Of a stretch of DNA of 64,000 nucleotides, positions 8,974 to 18,736 are shown piece by piece (position 1 is the stretch's first letter; each line of letters opens with the position of its first letter). The stretch comes from Vulcanimicrobiota bacterium (GTDB lineage Bacteria; Vulcanimicrobiota; Xenobia; Xenobiales; JADMJV01). Under the pieces are notes generated by a model. That model saw only the letters and a list, made by a program, of their open reading frames with translations, was not told the origin of the DNA and ran no database searches. Location of the stretch: positions 64,001-128,000 of the forward strand of contig JBFWNU010000005.1 of assembly GCA_050250895.1 (NCBI GenBank), written 5' to 3'. The position numbers and the translations under genes are program-made.

Positions 8974-9597
8974 ATGCAGGTGATCGCCGTCAACGTAGGA
9001 CAGGCCAGGACTCTCGTCAAGGGTCGGGGCCAGAGCAAAACCGGCATCTTCAAGACCGCCGTCGAGGGTCCGGTGACGGTCGGTCCCCTCGGGCTCGAGG
9101 GGGACGTGCAGGTCAACCGCAAGCACCATGGCGGCCCGGACCAGGCGGTTTATCTATATGCGGCCGACGATTACGTCTGGTGGCAGAGTCAGTTGGGTCG
9201 CGAGCTTGAGCCGGGCACGTTCGGTGAGAACCTGACTCTCGACACCTTTGGCACCGAGCCCCTGGCCGTGGGCGACCGCCTTCGACTGGGAGAGGTCTTG
9301 CTCGAACTCACGGCACCCCGCGTACCATGTGCTACCCTGGCAGCCCGCATGGGCGAACCGGGCTTCGTCAAGCGATTTCACCAGGCGGGTCGACCGGGTG
9401 TCTACGCCCGGGTGCTGGAAGCGGGCCGGCTCGAGGCCGGGCAAACGGCGAACTGGGAGGCCCGAGGCCAGGTGAGCATAGAGGAGCTATTTGGCCTCGT
9501 TTATCAGAGCAAGGCCGAGCCGGCCAGGCTGGCGGCGGTCTTAGCTGCGCCTGTGGCGTCTCGTCTGCGTGAACTCTTGGAATCGCGGCTGGCCTGA
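8974..9597 (+). CDS. MOSC domain protein (YiiM-like)
   Basis: TGIFK, GD.Q...HHGGPDQAV, FGENLT, PRVPC, GRPGVYARVL. Confidence 0.92.
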   Translation: MQVIAVNVGQARTLVKGRGQSKTGIFKTAVEGPVTVGPLGLEGDVQVNRKHHGGPDQAVYLYAADDYVWWQSQLGRELEPGTFGENLTLDTFGTEPLAVGDRLRLGEVLLELTAPRVPCATLAARMGEPGFVKRFHQAGRPGVYARVLEAGRLEAGQTANWEARGQVSIEELFGLVYQSKAEPARLAAVLAAPVASRLRELLESRLA

Positions 9598-10610
9598 GCC
9601 TCATCCACCAGCCGCACCACCAGATCCAGCAGTTTCTGGCCGCGAGGACCGGCTAACTCTACATAGCGCTGGCGCACGGGTAGGCTGGCCTCGACAAAGC
9701 GCGCCCGCTCCTCGGGCGTCAAACGGACCACCTGAATCCCCGGACGGGCCTCTTTGATCTGCTCGAGGCGCTCTTGATTGTAGCGCTTCTGCAAATCGAA
9801 GATCTCGCCGTGCAATTGGGCGATGACCTCGTCGACCATGTCTCTTCGTTCGGGCGACAGGTCCTGATAGAACTTGCGGTTGGCCACCGCCGTGGTGAAG
9901 AATTGGGCCTGGCGGGCGAAGATGAGATAGTCGCAAACTTCATAGAAGCTCATCTCTTGAATGGCGAAGATGGGGTTGACCTGACCGTCGATCATCTTCA
10001 GTTGCAGGGCGCTGTAGACCTCGCCGTAGGGGAGGGGAGTCGACGAGGCTCCATAGGCCTGATAGGCGGCCAGCAACAGCGGTGAGGTCATCACCCGAAA
10101 CTTGACCCCCTCGAAATCGGAGGGCTGGTGGATGGGCTCGTTGGTGGTCCACACCTGCCACCCCTCGGAATAGATCGAAAGTAGCTGGAAGCCCTTTTCG
10201 GCGTACAGCTCGTCAAAGGCCCGCGTGAGTTCTGGGTCCTCGAGCACCTCACGATTGACCGCCTGGTCGGCCGAGAAGAGATAATGCAATAGCAAGACCT
10301 GGACCTCGGGAATCAGCTTGCCGATATGCCCCGGCGAGGCCATCGCAAACTGCAGAGTCCCGTTATAGAGTAGTTCCGTGGTTTGGTCTGAGGTTCCCAG
10401 CGCACCATAGGGGTAGATCTTCACCCGGATCTTTCCGCCCGACCTGGCTTCGATGAGCTCCTTGAAGCGCCGGGCGTAGGCGTCTTGCACGCTGCCGCGA
10501 GTCTCTTCGATAGCGAAGCGCCAGGTTTCGGGACCCGGCTGATTCGTAGCGCAACCGCCCAGGCACACCAGGGCTACCAGGCTCAGCCAGACGCGAGCTT
10601 TACTAGCCAT
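9504..10610 (-). CDS. dctP: TRAP substrate-binding lipoprotein DctP (TeaA-like, ectoine type)
   Basis: Lipobox LGGC; WRFAIEE..GSVQDAYA, RVMTSPLL, PLPYGEVYSALQ, DGQVNPIF, resembling TeaA as recalled. Confidence 0.85.
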   Translation of the reverse strand: MASKARVWLSLVALVCLGGCATNQPGPETWRFAIEETRGSVQDAYARRFKELIEARSGGKIRVKIYPYGALGTSDQTTELLYNGTLQFAMASPGHIGKLIPEVQVLLLHYLFSADQAVNREVLEDPELTRAFDELYAEKGFQLLSIYSEGWQVWTTNEPIHQPSDFEGVKFRVMTSPLLLAAYQAYGASSTPLPYGEVYSALQLKMIDGQVNPIFAIQEMSFYEVCDYLIFARQAQFFTTAVANRKFYQDLSPERRDMVDEVIAQLHGEIFDLQKRYNQERLEQIKEARPGIQVVRLTPEERARFVEASLPVRQRYVELAGPRGQKLLDLVVRLVDEAQASRDSKSSRRRDATGAAKTAASLAGSALL

Positions 10611-11869
10611 AGCGAGATCCCTTCGAATTTGATGATGATGGCCGAGGCCAACAGCAAGATGGCGATGAACGGCGGAGTACCGCGAATCACCTCCAGGTAC
10701 GGCTTGCGAAAGACGGCAATGGCCGTGAAAATGTCACACCCGAAGGGCGGTGTGGCCGACCCGATGGCGGCCTGCAAGGTGACTACCACCCCCACATGGA
10801 CAGGATGGATCCCGGCGGCCACCGCCAGGGGATGAAAGATCGGCGTGAGGATCAAGATGACCACGATGGGGTCGACAAACATGCAGCCGATGAAATAGGC
10901 CACCGCCACCGCGCCAAGGATGACCAGCGGCGACGAATCGGGAGTCAGGTGAAGCCAACCGTTGATCAGTTGCTCGGGTAGTTCAGCGAAAGCAATGACC
11001 CAGGAGAAAGCCGCTCCGGCTCCCACGAGCAAAAAGACCACGGCGGTGATCAGCCCGGTGGACAGGGCAATGGAGGGGATGTCTTTCCAGGCCAGCTGGC
11101 CAAACACCATCACCTCGAGGGCAATGGCATACATCACCGAGATGGCGGCCGCCTCGGTGGGGCTGAAAAAGCCGGTGTAGATGCCTCCCACCACAATGAC
11201 CGGAAAGCCCAACGGCAGCAGGGCCTTGCGCAGGCTCTCGCGCCGCTCGCTCCAGCTGGCCGGCTGGGCTCTGGGGATACCCATCTGTCCGGCGGCGATG
11301 TAGCAATAGATGGAAAACATCAGCAGGATCAGCAAGCCGGGACCGATGCCCCCCAGAAAGAGGTCTCCGATGGAAGTGCCCGAGACCACTCCATACACGA
11401 TCATTCCGATGCTGGGGGGAATGAGCAGCGCGATATCGCTGGCGTTGATGATCAGGGCCGTGGCGAACGAATCGGGATAGCCCTTCTCGAGCATGCGCGG
11501 CCGCATGGGGCCGCCTACGGCCACCACGGTGGCCTGGGTCGAGCCCGAGATGGCTCCGAACAGAGTGCAGGTCACCGCGCTGGTGATGGGCAGTCCGCCA
11601 CGAATGTGGCGCACAAAGGACATGACCAGGTCGAGCAATCGATTGGAGGTTTGCCCGGTGGTCATCACATCGGCGGCCAGGATGAACATCGGCACGGCGA
11701 TGAGGGCGGCCGGCTTGACCCCGCCGATCATCTGCTGGGCCATCACTTCCAGGCTCACTCCGGGAAAGCCGCTCAGCAACAAGGTCAGTGAGCCCACCAC
11801 CAGGGGAACCACCATAGGAAAGCCGAGCAGCAGCAGGGCCAGCATCAACAGCGCCACCAGCCCAATCAT
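10583..11869 (-). CDS. dctM: TRAP large permease DctM
   Basis: AVPMFILA, FGAISGS, LIPPSI, GFFSPTEAAA, TPPFG motifs. Confidence 0.95.
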   Translation of the reverse strand: MIGLVALLMLALLLLGFPMVVPLVVGSLTLLLSGFPGVSLEVMAQQMIGGVKPAALIAVPMFILAADVMTTGQTSNRLLDLVMSFVRHIRGGLPITSAVTCTLFGAISGSTQATVVAVGGPMRPRMLEKGYPDSFATALIINASDIALLIPPSIGMIVYGVVSGTSIGDLFLGGIGPGLLILLMFSIYCYIAAGQMGIPRAQPASWSERRESLRKALLPLGFPVIVVGGIYTGFFSPTEAAAISVMYAIALEVMVFGQLAWKDIPSIALSTGLITAVVFLLVGAGAAFSWVIAFAELPEQLINGWLHLTPDSSPLVILGAVAVAYFIGCMFVDPIVVILILTPIFHPLAVAAGIHPVHVGVVVTLQAAIGSATPPFGCDIFTAIAVFRKPYLEVIRGTPPFIAILLLASAIIIKFEGISLWLVKLASG

Positions 11870-12384
11870 AACGGGTCGGCCCCATCCTCGACATCATAAG
11901 AGATGTAGATCTTATCAGGGCTTCCCAGATTCTTGAAGGCAGTCAAGCAGAACTGTAGACCCGTCATCAACAGGCCCAGAGGAGCCGTGATGTAAACCAG
12001 GTAGAGCGGGACTCGCAACACGGGCGAGATCGTTCCCAGGGCCCTGAGCGTGTTGAGATAAGCGACTGCAAACACGGTCAGGGCAAACATCAGCAAGGCC
12101 GTCAAAACACAGGAAGAGATCATCAGCCGGCGCTTCCAATCGTGGCTGAGCTGGTCATAGAGGGCGGTCATGCGGATGTGGCGGCCGTGGCCGGCGGCAT
12201 AGCTCGCGCCCACGAAGGTGATCATCACGATCAAGAACTGGCACAGCTCTTCGGCGAAAGCCAAACTGTGCCCGAAACCTGTGCGCGTCACCACATTGGT
12301 GGCGGTCAGGCCGGCGATGGCAAGAATTCCAAAGCTAATCAGAAATTCTTCCAGTCGCCGTATGCAACGGAAAAACGCCAGCAA
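11866..12384 (-). CDS. dctQ: TRAP small permease DctQ
   Basis: NVVTR, AEEL, GRHIRM; four TM helices. Confidence 0.9.
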   Translation of the reverse strand: MLAFFRCIRRLEEFLISFGILAIAGLTATNVVTRTGFGHSLAFAEELCQFLIVMITFVGASYAAGHGRHIRMTALYDQLSHDWKRRLMISSCVLTALLMFALTVFAVAYLNTLRALGTISPVLRVPLYLVYITAPLGLLMTGLQFCLTAFKNLGSPDKIYISYDVEDGADPL

Positions 12385-12449
12385 AACCAGGGAGACTACT
12401 TGCTTTCGGGACCCACGCTCGAATCCCCCCCCTAGAAAAATAAAGGACC

Positions 12450-12463
12450 TGAACGTGTGTTCC
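12450..12463. promoter_or_regulatory. GAAC-N4-GTTC palindrome (Gram-positive-type LexA box-like)
   Basis: TGAACGTGTGTTCC in the TRAP/ABC divergent promoter. Confidence 0.35.
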
Positions 12464-12482
12464 TCAAAGCCGTTACTATCCC

Positions 12483-13490
12483 GTGATTGAATTACAGCAG
12501 GTTTGCAAGGTTTTCCATGCTCCTGACGGCCGTGAGGTGCATGCCGTCAAGAACATTACGCTGACGGTGGAAGAGGGCGAGACGGTCTGTCTGATCGGCA
12601 CCAGCGGCTCAGGCAAGACGACCACGATGAAGATGATCAATCGCCTGATCAATCCCACCAGCGGCAAGATCCTGGTGGGTGGTCAGGACGTGCTCGAGCA
12701 AGACCCGATCCAATTGCGCCGGGGCATCGGCTACGTCATCCAGAAAGGTGGGCTTTTTCCCCACCTGACCGTGCGAGCCAATGTGGCGATGCTCTGTCGC
12801 CTCGAGAATTGGGAGGCGAGTCGCACGCGCGCGCGAGTCGACGAGCTGCTGAGTCTGGTCAACCTGCCACCCGACGAGTATGCCGAGCGCTATCCGGGCG
12901 AGCTGTCGGGCGGTCAACGCCAGCGCGTCGGGGTGGCCAGGGCGCTAGCCCTCGATCCCGACTACATCCTCATGGACGAGCCGTTCGGAGCCCTCGACCC
13001 AATCACTCGCGATCAGATTCACGAAGAGTTCACCACCCTGAAAGAACGTGTGAAGAAGACCATCGTCATCGTCACCCACGACATGGCCGAGGCCTTCAAA
13101 CTCGGGGATCGCATCGCCTTGATGCACAATGGCGAGATGATCCAGTGCGGCAGTGAAGACTATTTTCGTTCCCAGCCGGCCAACGAGTTCGTGGTCGACT
13201 TTCTCAAGAGTCACCTGTCTCGCCCGGCTACCGCCCAGGAGATCGTGGACCCTGAAGTGCCGGTAGTGACCCGACGTAACGGCGCTCGAATGCAGCTGGT
13301 CCAGGACGAGGACAGACTGGTCCTTCATCGCGATGACCAGAGTTGGGAACTCAAAGCGATCGCGGCGAACTGCGGGGTCTCTCAGGCCTTCGAAGAGATG
13401 CTCGACGGTGCGGCCCCGGCCGTGGCCGTGGCCGACGGCGAGCGGGTGCTGGGCGTGATCACCAGAGAGAGCTTGATGAATGCCCTTTAG
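12483..13490 (+). CDS. Osmoprotectant ABC transporter ATPase (OpuCA/ProV-like)
   Basis: GTSGSGKTTTMKMINRLI, LRRGIGYVIQ, LSGGQRQR, LMDEPFGALDPITR; degenerate CBS tail. Confidence 0.92.
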   Translation: MIELQQVCKVFHAPDGREVHAVKNITLTVEEGETVCLIGTSGSGKTTTMKMINRLINPTSGKILVGGQDVLEQDPIQLRRGIGYVIQKGGLFPHLTVRANVAMLCRLENWEASRTRARVDELLSLVNLPPDEYAERYPGELSGGQRQRVGVARALALDPDYILMDEPFGALDPITRDQIHEEFTTLKERVKKTIVIVTHDMAEAFKLGDRIALMHNGEMIQCGSEDYFRSQPANEFVVDFLKSHLSRPATAQEIVDPEVPVVTRRNGARMQLVQDEDRLVLHRDDQSWELKAIAANCGVSQAFEEMLDGAAPAVAVADGERVLGVITRESLMNAL

Positions 13491-15018
13491 GCGCTGGCTG
13501 CTCATACTGATGGCGATGTTCGCTCTGGCGCTGGGGGTGGGGGCCGAAGACAATCCTACCATCGTAGTGGCCAGCAAGACCTTCGCCGAGTCTCGCATTC
13601 TGGGCGAGATCATGGCCCAGCTGATCGAGTCCCAGACCGACCTGCGGGTGGAGCGAAAGTTAGGGCTGGGCGGCACCATGATCTGCTTTGAGGCTTTGCG
13701 TAAAGGCGAAGTCGATGTCTACGCCGAGTACTCCGGCACCGGCCTGGTAACCATTCTCAAGAGAGAGCCCGTCAAAGAGCCTCTCAAAGCCTACGTACAG
13801 ACCGCTCGGGGCTTTCGCAACCAGTATGATCTCATCTGGCTGGCTCCCTTTGGCTTCAACAATACCTATGTGCTGGTGATGCCCGAAAAGGTCATCCAAC
13901 AGACCGGTTTTCAGCGGGTGTCTGACCTCTCGGATACGGACTTTCCCGTAGACGGAGGCTTTACCCACGAGTTTCTCCAGCGGCCCGACGGTTGGCCCGG
14001 GTTGAGCAAGACTTATGACCTTGATTTTCCGGTGCGAGGGGTCGAACATGCCCTGGCTTATCAGGCCATCCAGGGCGGTAGCATCAACGTCATGGATGCG
14101 TTCTCTACCGATGGCAAGCTGCTTCGCTTTCACCTGATTCCGCTCGAAGACGACCAGAATTTCTTTCCTCCCTACCAGGCCTGTCCGGTGGTGCGCCGCG
14201 AGACTCTCGAGGCCCACCCCGAGTTGCGACAGGCTCTCAACAGCCTGGCTTTTCGCATCGACGACCAGACCATGCAACGATTGAACTACCAGGCCGAAGA
14301 AGAGGGCAAGAGCTTCCCCGCGATCGCTTCGGATTTTCTCGAGGAGATGGGCCTGCAGGCCCCGCCTAAACAGACCGCAGCCACAGGGCGAGGCTTCTGG
14401 CAACTGCTCTTGAGCCGCCACATGGGCTCGCTGTTGCTCGAGCATCTCGGCCTGACGCTGGTGGCCGCCGGCCTGGCTACCCTGGTGGGTGTTCCCGTCG
14501 GGATCTTTATCACCCGCAAAGAACGGCTGGCCCAGCCGGTGCTGACCGCCACCGGTGTCATCCAGACCATCCCCAGCCTGGCTCTGCTGGCCTTTCTCAT
14601 TCCCATTCCTTTTCTCGGTTTGGGAGCGACCTCGGCCATCGTGGCTCTGTTTCTGTATGCCCTGCTGCCGATCGTGCGCAACACCTACACCGGCATTCGC
14701 GAAGTCGATCCCAATTTGATCGAGGCCGCGCGGGGCATGGGCCTGCGCGAGTCGCAGATCCTCTGGAAGGTGCAGCTGCCCCTGTCCGTGCGAACCATCA
14801 TGGCCGGCGTGCGGACTTCGACCGTCATCGGGGTGGGCGTCGCCACCCTGGCGGCCTTCATCGGAGCGGGTGGTCTGGGGGAGCCCATCATTACCGGCCT
14901 GCAGCTTAGCGATAACTTGATGATTCTTTCGGGAGCCCTGCCGGCCGCCGGACTGGCCCTGTTCTTCGAGGCAGCCCTCGGCCAGCTCGAGGTGGTGCTG
15001 GCCCCTCGTGCGGCTTAG
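13480..15018 (+). CDS. Fused glycine-betaine-type substrate-binding protein and permease
   Basis: SKTFAESRILGE, YAEYSGTG, GFNNTY, LEDDQNFFPPY, then permease QTIPSLALL...LIEAARGMG...GAGGLG. Confidence 0.9.
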   Translation: MPFRRWLLILMAMFALALGVGAEDNPTIVVASKTFAESRILGEIMAQLIESQTDLRVERKLGLGGTMICFEALRKGEVDVYAEYSGTGLVTILKREPVKEPLKAYVQTARGFRNQYDLIWLAPFGFNNTYVLVMPEKVIQQTGFQRVSDLSDTDFPVDGGFTHEFLQRPDGWPGLSKTYDLDFPVRGVEHALAYQAIQGGSINVMDAFSTDGKLLRFHLIPLEDDQNFFPPYQACPVVRRETLEAHPELRQALNSLAFRIDDQTMQRLNYQAEEEGKSFPAIASDFLEEMGLQAPPKQTAATGRGFWQLLLSRHMGSLLLEHLGLTLVAAGLATLVGVPVGIFITRKERLAQPVLTATGVIQTIPSLALLAFLIPIPFLGLGATSAIVALFLYALLPIVRNTYTGIREVDPNLIEAARGMGLRESQILWKVQLPLSVRTIMAGVRTSTVIGVGVATLAAFIGAGGLGEPIITGLQLSDNLMILSGALPAAGLALFFEAALGQLEVVLAPRAA

Positions 15019-16871
15019 GGTTGGTGCGTGTGGGCGGTGTGCCAGGTCTCGACAAAGGGATAGGCGTCGCGGTTAAAGTCTACCCCCACCTGATAGTCGA
15101 ACGTGCCGGGATGGGCCCCGACGAGAAAGCGACCTGCCTTGTTCTCTAGCGGAATGATCTTGGCCCCAGCGTTCTTGCGCACTCGCGCAACCAGATGCCA
15201 GCCATCGGGAACAGTGCGGTCGGGACGAACCTCGAGCCACACCCCCTGCTCGTCTTGCACGACGGTGGTGGCCAGGCGAGGAAGGCGTGCCAGGAAGTCC
15301 GCCTCCTCGGATTCGAGCTGCTTGAGTCGGCGGAGCCAGGCGGCTCGGACTCGTTCGAAGCTGAACTCCTCGGCCTGCAGGGTGTCCTGCCAGAACACCA
15401 CCGGATCGTTGAGCTCGGGGGCGTCGGCTCGGCCGATGGAGTGATAGACTCGACCCGGTGCCGTGGGTCCGTAGAGGTCGACCAGGGCGGCGACCCACAG
15501 TTCTCCCAGGGTGTAAAGGGCGCCCTCGTCGAGCCGCAGCTTGAACTGCTCGGGGTCGGTCAGGTCGGTGAACTTGAGGTGATGACGACTCCAGAGGGCC
15601 ACCGCGTGTTGGCGCGAGGCTCGGCGGCTGCGCTTGCTGGTGATATTCTCGAAAGCAGCGAACTCCGAGCTGCCCTCGCAGAAGAACGAAGCCGCGGCCG
15701 CATAGTCTTGCAAGCGCTGCCCGGCGATGCGGTGGGCCAGCACGTGGCAGGTCTCGTGGAAGAGAACATGCTCGAGCAGGCTGGGGTCGCCGTCCTGGGT
15801 GATGTCGACCCGCATCTTGCCCTTGGAGGCGATGCCCAGATGAGCGTAACTGACATCGGTAAGGTCGGCCACGATGGGAGGCCCGGACGGAGCCGCCAAC
15901 ACTTCCACGGCCCGCTCATAGATTCGATCGGCCGAATCGGCCAGTTGAACAGCCCGGCTTCGCAGGTTGACGGGAAAGGTGAATTGATAGTGGCTGGTGC
16001 TCAGGCGGGCTGTTTGAAAAGACTGAAACGTCTCGGTCTCTTCCTCGGGCGCGTCCCCGCCCATCAAGGCGATGCTCAGCAGGATCACGATCAGAAAGCC
16101 GGTGCAACCCAGGGCGAAGCGCCCGGGCAAGGCCCGAGCTGCGTCTTCGTAAGCGCGGGTGGCCTGACCGCCGCGGCCGCTCCAGAGCCGCTCGGCCATG
16201 ACCAGGCAGACGAGCGCCGCGGCCAGGTGATAGAACACGTCAGACCAGGCCACCTCCAGGTAGACTCCGTAGTAGCGGGCCGCGCCCAGCCGGGTGGGAT
16301 CCAGCCAGATCAGTTTGGGGGCGATAGTCTCGAAGCGAGTGACCAGCCAGGCCAGGGCCGCCCACACCAGCAGGCCGTAGTTGCGTCCAAACGAGAGCAA
16401 GAGCCCGTGGGCGAGCCCCAGACCCGCCACCAGCGCCCACAGGCAAGCGATCGTGAGGGCCGTAGCCAGGCGAAACTGAGCGAAGCCCATCGAGTCGTTG
16501 CTGGCCAGATGGAGGCCGAAATAGAACAGCTGGGTGAAGGTAACCACGGCCAGGATCAACAGCTGGGCCGCCGACCACTTGGCCGCAAAGATGCCGCGCC
16601 GGCTAATGGGCAGAGTATGCAAGAAGGCGATGGTGCCGTCTTCATATTCGCGCGGAAACAGGCAGAAGGCGAGCGAGAAACCGAAGAGATAGTGGAAGAA
16701 CGAGAGGCTGCGCGAAGAGTCTGGCTTGAGAACATCCAGCATGTCGGTCCAGCCCATCTGGTCGATGGGGGCAACCAGCAAGGCCATGACTCCGTCGAGC
16801 AGAAAGAGCGACAGGAACAGCAGCGCCACCGGCAACAGCTGGGCCAACTCTTTGCGGACCAGCGAACTCAT
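15015..16871 (-). CDS. ABC-2-type permease fused to an HExxH metallopeptidase-like domain
   Basis: N-terminal TM region with EYEDGTIAFLHTLPISR; C-terminal LFHETCH...FFCEGSSE. Confidence 0.75.
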   Translation of the reverse strand: MSSLVRKELAQLLPVALLFLSLFLLDGVMALLVAPIDQMGWTDMLDVLKPDSSRSLSFFHYLFGFSLAFCLFPREYEDGTIAFLHTLPISRRGIFAAKWSAAQLLILAVVTFTQLFYFGLHLASNDSMGFAQFRLATALTIACLWALVAGLGLAHGLLLSFGRNYGLLVWAALAWLVTRFETIAPKLIWLDPTRLGAARYYGVYLEVAWSDVFYHLAAALVCLVMAERLWSGRGGQATRAYEDAARALPGRFALGCTGFLIVILLSIALMGGDAPEEETETFQSFQTARLSTSHYQFTFPVNLRSRAVQLADSADRIYERAVEVLAAPSGPPIVADLTDVSYAHLGIASKGKMRVDITQDGDPSLLEHVLFHETCHVLAHRIAGQRLQDYAAAASFFCEGSSEFAAFENITSKRSRRASRQHAVALWSRHHLKFTDLTDPEQFKLRLDEGALYTLGELWVAALVDLYGPTAPGRVYHSIGRADAPELNDPVVFWQDTLQAEEFSFERVRAAWLRRLKQLESEEADFLARLPRLATTVVQDEQGVWLEVRPDRTVPDGWHLVARVRKNAGAKIIPLENKAGRFLVGAHPGTFDYQVGVDFNRDAYPFVETWHTAHTHQP

Positions 16872-18736
16872 CAGGGAACCACCCATCGGCCGGCCACCAG
16901 GCGGACCGGGCAGCCAAGCTCGGGAACATCCACCTCGAGAGCGCAGAAGATGCGCTCTCCGCTGGTATAACGCGAGTCGAGCTGAAACTTCTCTGAGCCT
17001 CGACAGAAGTGTTCTTCGCGCAGCAGCTTCGAGGCCGGCAGATAGGCGTCATAGGGTCCCACCTCGGCGTGGACCAGGGCACACGCCAGCGCTTGCTGGC
17101 TGGGTACGTCAAAGGCGTAGTGGATGGCATCCCCCCTCACTTCGAGCCGGCCTTGAAAAGAGTCCAGGCGGGTCATCAAGTCCGCGTTCTGGCGGCGCCA
17201 GTGCTCCATCTGCTCGGCCCAACCGCTCACGAACTCGGGCCAGGGGACTCCGCAGACTTTTTGGAAGCGCTTGGGAAACGGATAGAACCACTCGCGAACG
17301 GTTTGCCGCGAGTCGCTGGGCGAAACCTGGGTATAGAGGCTGCGGGCCAGCTCGAGCACGGCTTCGCGCCCGCGGGTCTGCTCGAGATAGAGCACCCCGG
17401 AATAGGCCAGGGCTTCGGCCAGGCGATCACCCAACCGGTCGGTGCTCAGGCCCCAGTCTCGCACTTGCTCGGCGGTCAAGCGGCCGCCCCGGATGGCGAA
17501 GAGAGCTCTCGGGATCAGCGCGGGGGTGGCCGCTTCGCGTTCGACCCACCAGCGGCCGAAACCGTCGAGAAACCAGTGGCGATTCTCGAGATAGGCGCGA
17601 CCTTTGGTGTGATTGCTGAGCACGTCGTGCAGACAGCGTGAGGCAAAGCCCCGCTGGTCGAAGTCGGGAGCCTCGAAATTGCAGCGGAGCAGGACTCCTT
17701 CGTTGTCGGGAAGGCTGCCTTCGTCGAAGGTCTGGCCGTCGAGGGTCGGATCGCAGATCACCCGCAGGGGTGGCCACTGGTCCACCGCCAGAGTGGTTTG
17801 CAACTGGCTCAACTGTTCCTCGAGAAAGACCATCAGGCGATGGGCGGCCGGTGAAGGTTGGTCGTCCAGGCAAAGAATGTGAAGCGGTACCTTCTGGCTG
17901 GTCAGCACCCCTTCTTTGCCCAGGTCATAGGGGGGCTTGGCCTTTTTGGCGTCATAGATGGTGGTTGCGAACATGCCGAGCACGATCAGCAGGGCGGCCA
18001 GGCATTTTTCCTTTTGCGAGAGCCGTCCTGCCATGGTCTCGGCCAGCGAGCCCTCTTTCCAGGTGCCGGCCAGCCAGGCCGCCGCCGCGAACACCACCGT
18101 CAGAAACAGACTCTCGCCCAGCTCCTTCCAGGGTAAGAGATTGCGCTCGAACGGCATCTCGGTCGGAGAGATCAGAGCCAGCGGACCGAACTTCCATAGA
18201 TCGAGTTCGGTGGTGCCGGCGAGAGTCAACAGCCCGATCAGAAAACCGAGGTAGAGCGGCGTTCGAAAGCGTCCCGCAAACCCCATCAGAAAGCAGAAGC
18301 TCCATAAGAAGGCCACGTAGGCCAGGGTGCGCAGGCTCAAAAGCCCGGCGAACCGCCAGCCCACCGGTTCGCCCCGCAAGGCCAGCACGATTCCCAGGCA
18401 GACCGCCGCCAGCCCCGCCAGCGCGAGCACGCAACAACCCAGCCCGAATTTGATGGTCACCATCCGGCCTCGGCCGATGGGAAGCGTCTCTAGAAAGAGC
18501 TGGGTTCGGCCGTGGTACTCGACCACCACCAGCCGGTGAGCGCAAAAGAAGGCGGCTAACGGGATGTAGGCCAGCAAAAAGGAGGGGATCAGCTCCAACA
18601 TGCTGGTTTTGTTCTCGGAGGCCGCATGACCCAATGCCTGCAAACCCAGCATCAGCCCCAACCCGACCAGCAAGCCGAGCGCCGCCCAGCCGTGATGGAG
18701 CAGTTCTTTGTAGAGCAGGGCTCGGACCTGACGCAC
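16871..18736 (-). CDS. ABC-2-type permease paralog with a degenerate peptidase-like domain
   Basis: EYHGRTQLFLETLPIGR permease motif; CLHDVLSNH...WFLDG where HExxH...EG is expected. Confidence 0.7.
   Translation of the reverse strand: MRQVRALLYKELLHHGWAALGLLVGLGLMLGLQALGHAASENKTSMLELIPSFLLAYIPLAAFFCAHRLVVVEYHGRTQLFLETLPIGRGRMVTIKFGLGCCVLALAGLAAVCLGIVLALRGEPVGWRFAGLLSLRTLAYVAFLWSFCFLMGFAGRFRTPLYLGFLIGLLTLAGTTELDLWKFGPLALISPTEMPFERNLLPWKELGESLFLTVVFAAAAWLAGTWKEGSLAETMAGRLSQKEKCLAALLIVLGMFATTIYDAKKAKPPYDLGKEGVLTSQKVPLHILCLDDQPSPAAHRLMVFLEEQLSQLQTTLAVDQWPPLRVICDPTLDGQTFDEGSLPDNEGVLLRCNFEAPDFDQRGFASRCLHDVLSNHTKGRAYLENRHWFLDGFGRWWVEREAATPALIPRALFAIRGGRLTAEQVRDWGLSTDRLGDRLAEALAYSGVLYLEQTRGREAVLELARSLYTQVSPSDSRQTVREWFYPFPKRFQKVCGVPWPEFVSGWAEQMEHWRRQNADLMTRLDSFQGRLEVRGDAIHYAFDVPSQQALACALVHAEVGPYDAYLPASKLLREEHFCRGSEKFQLDSRYTSGERIFCALEVDVPELGCPVRLVAGRWVVP

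Noticed and set aside
9504-9597. 94-bp convergent overlap of the dctP and MOSC genes
   Set aside because: Most simply a lost stop codon giving a non-functional tail, which is common in GC-rich genomes.
15195-16970. 591-aa plus-strand ORF and many similar long overlapping ORFs
   Set aside because: Typical high-GC antisense shadows with no motifs.
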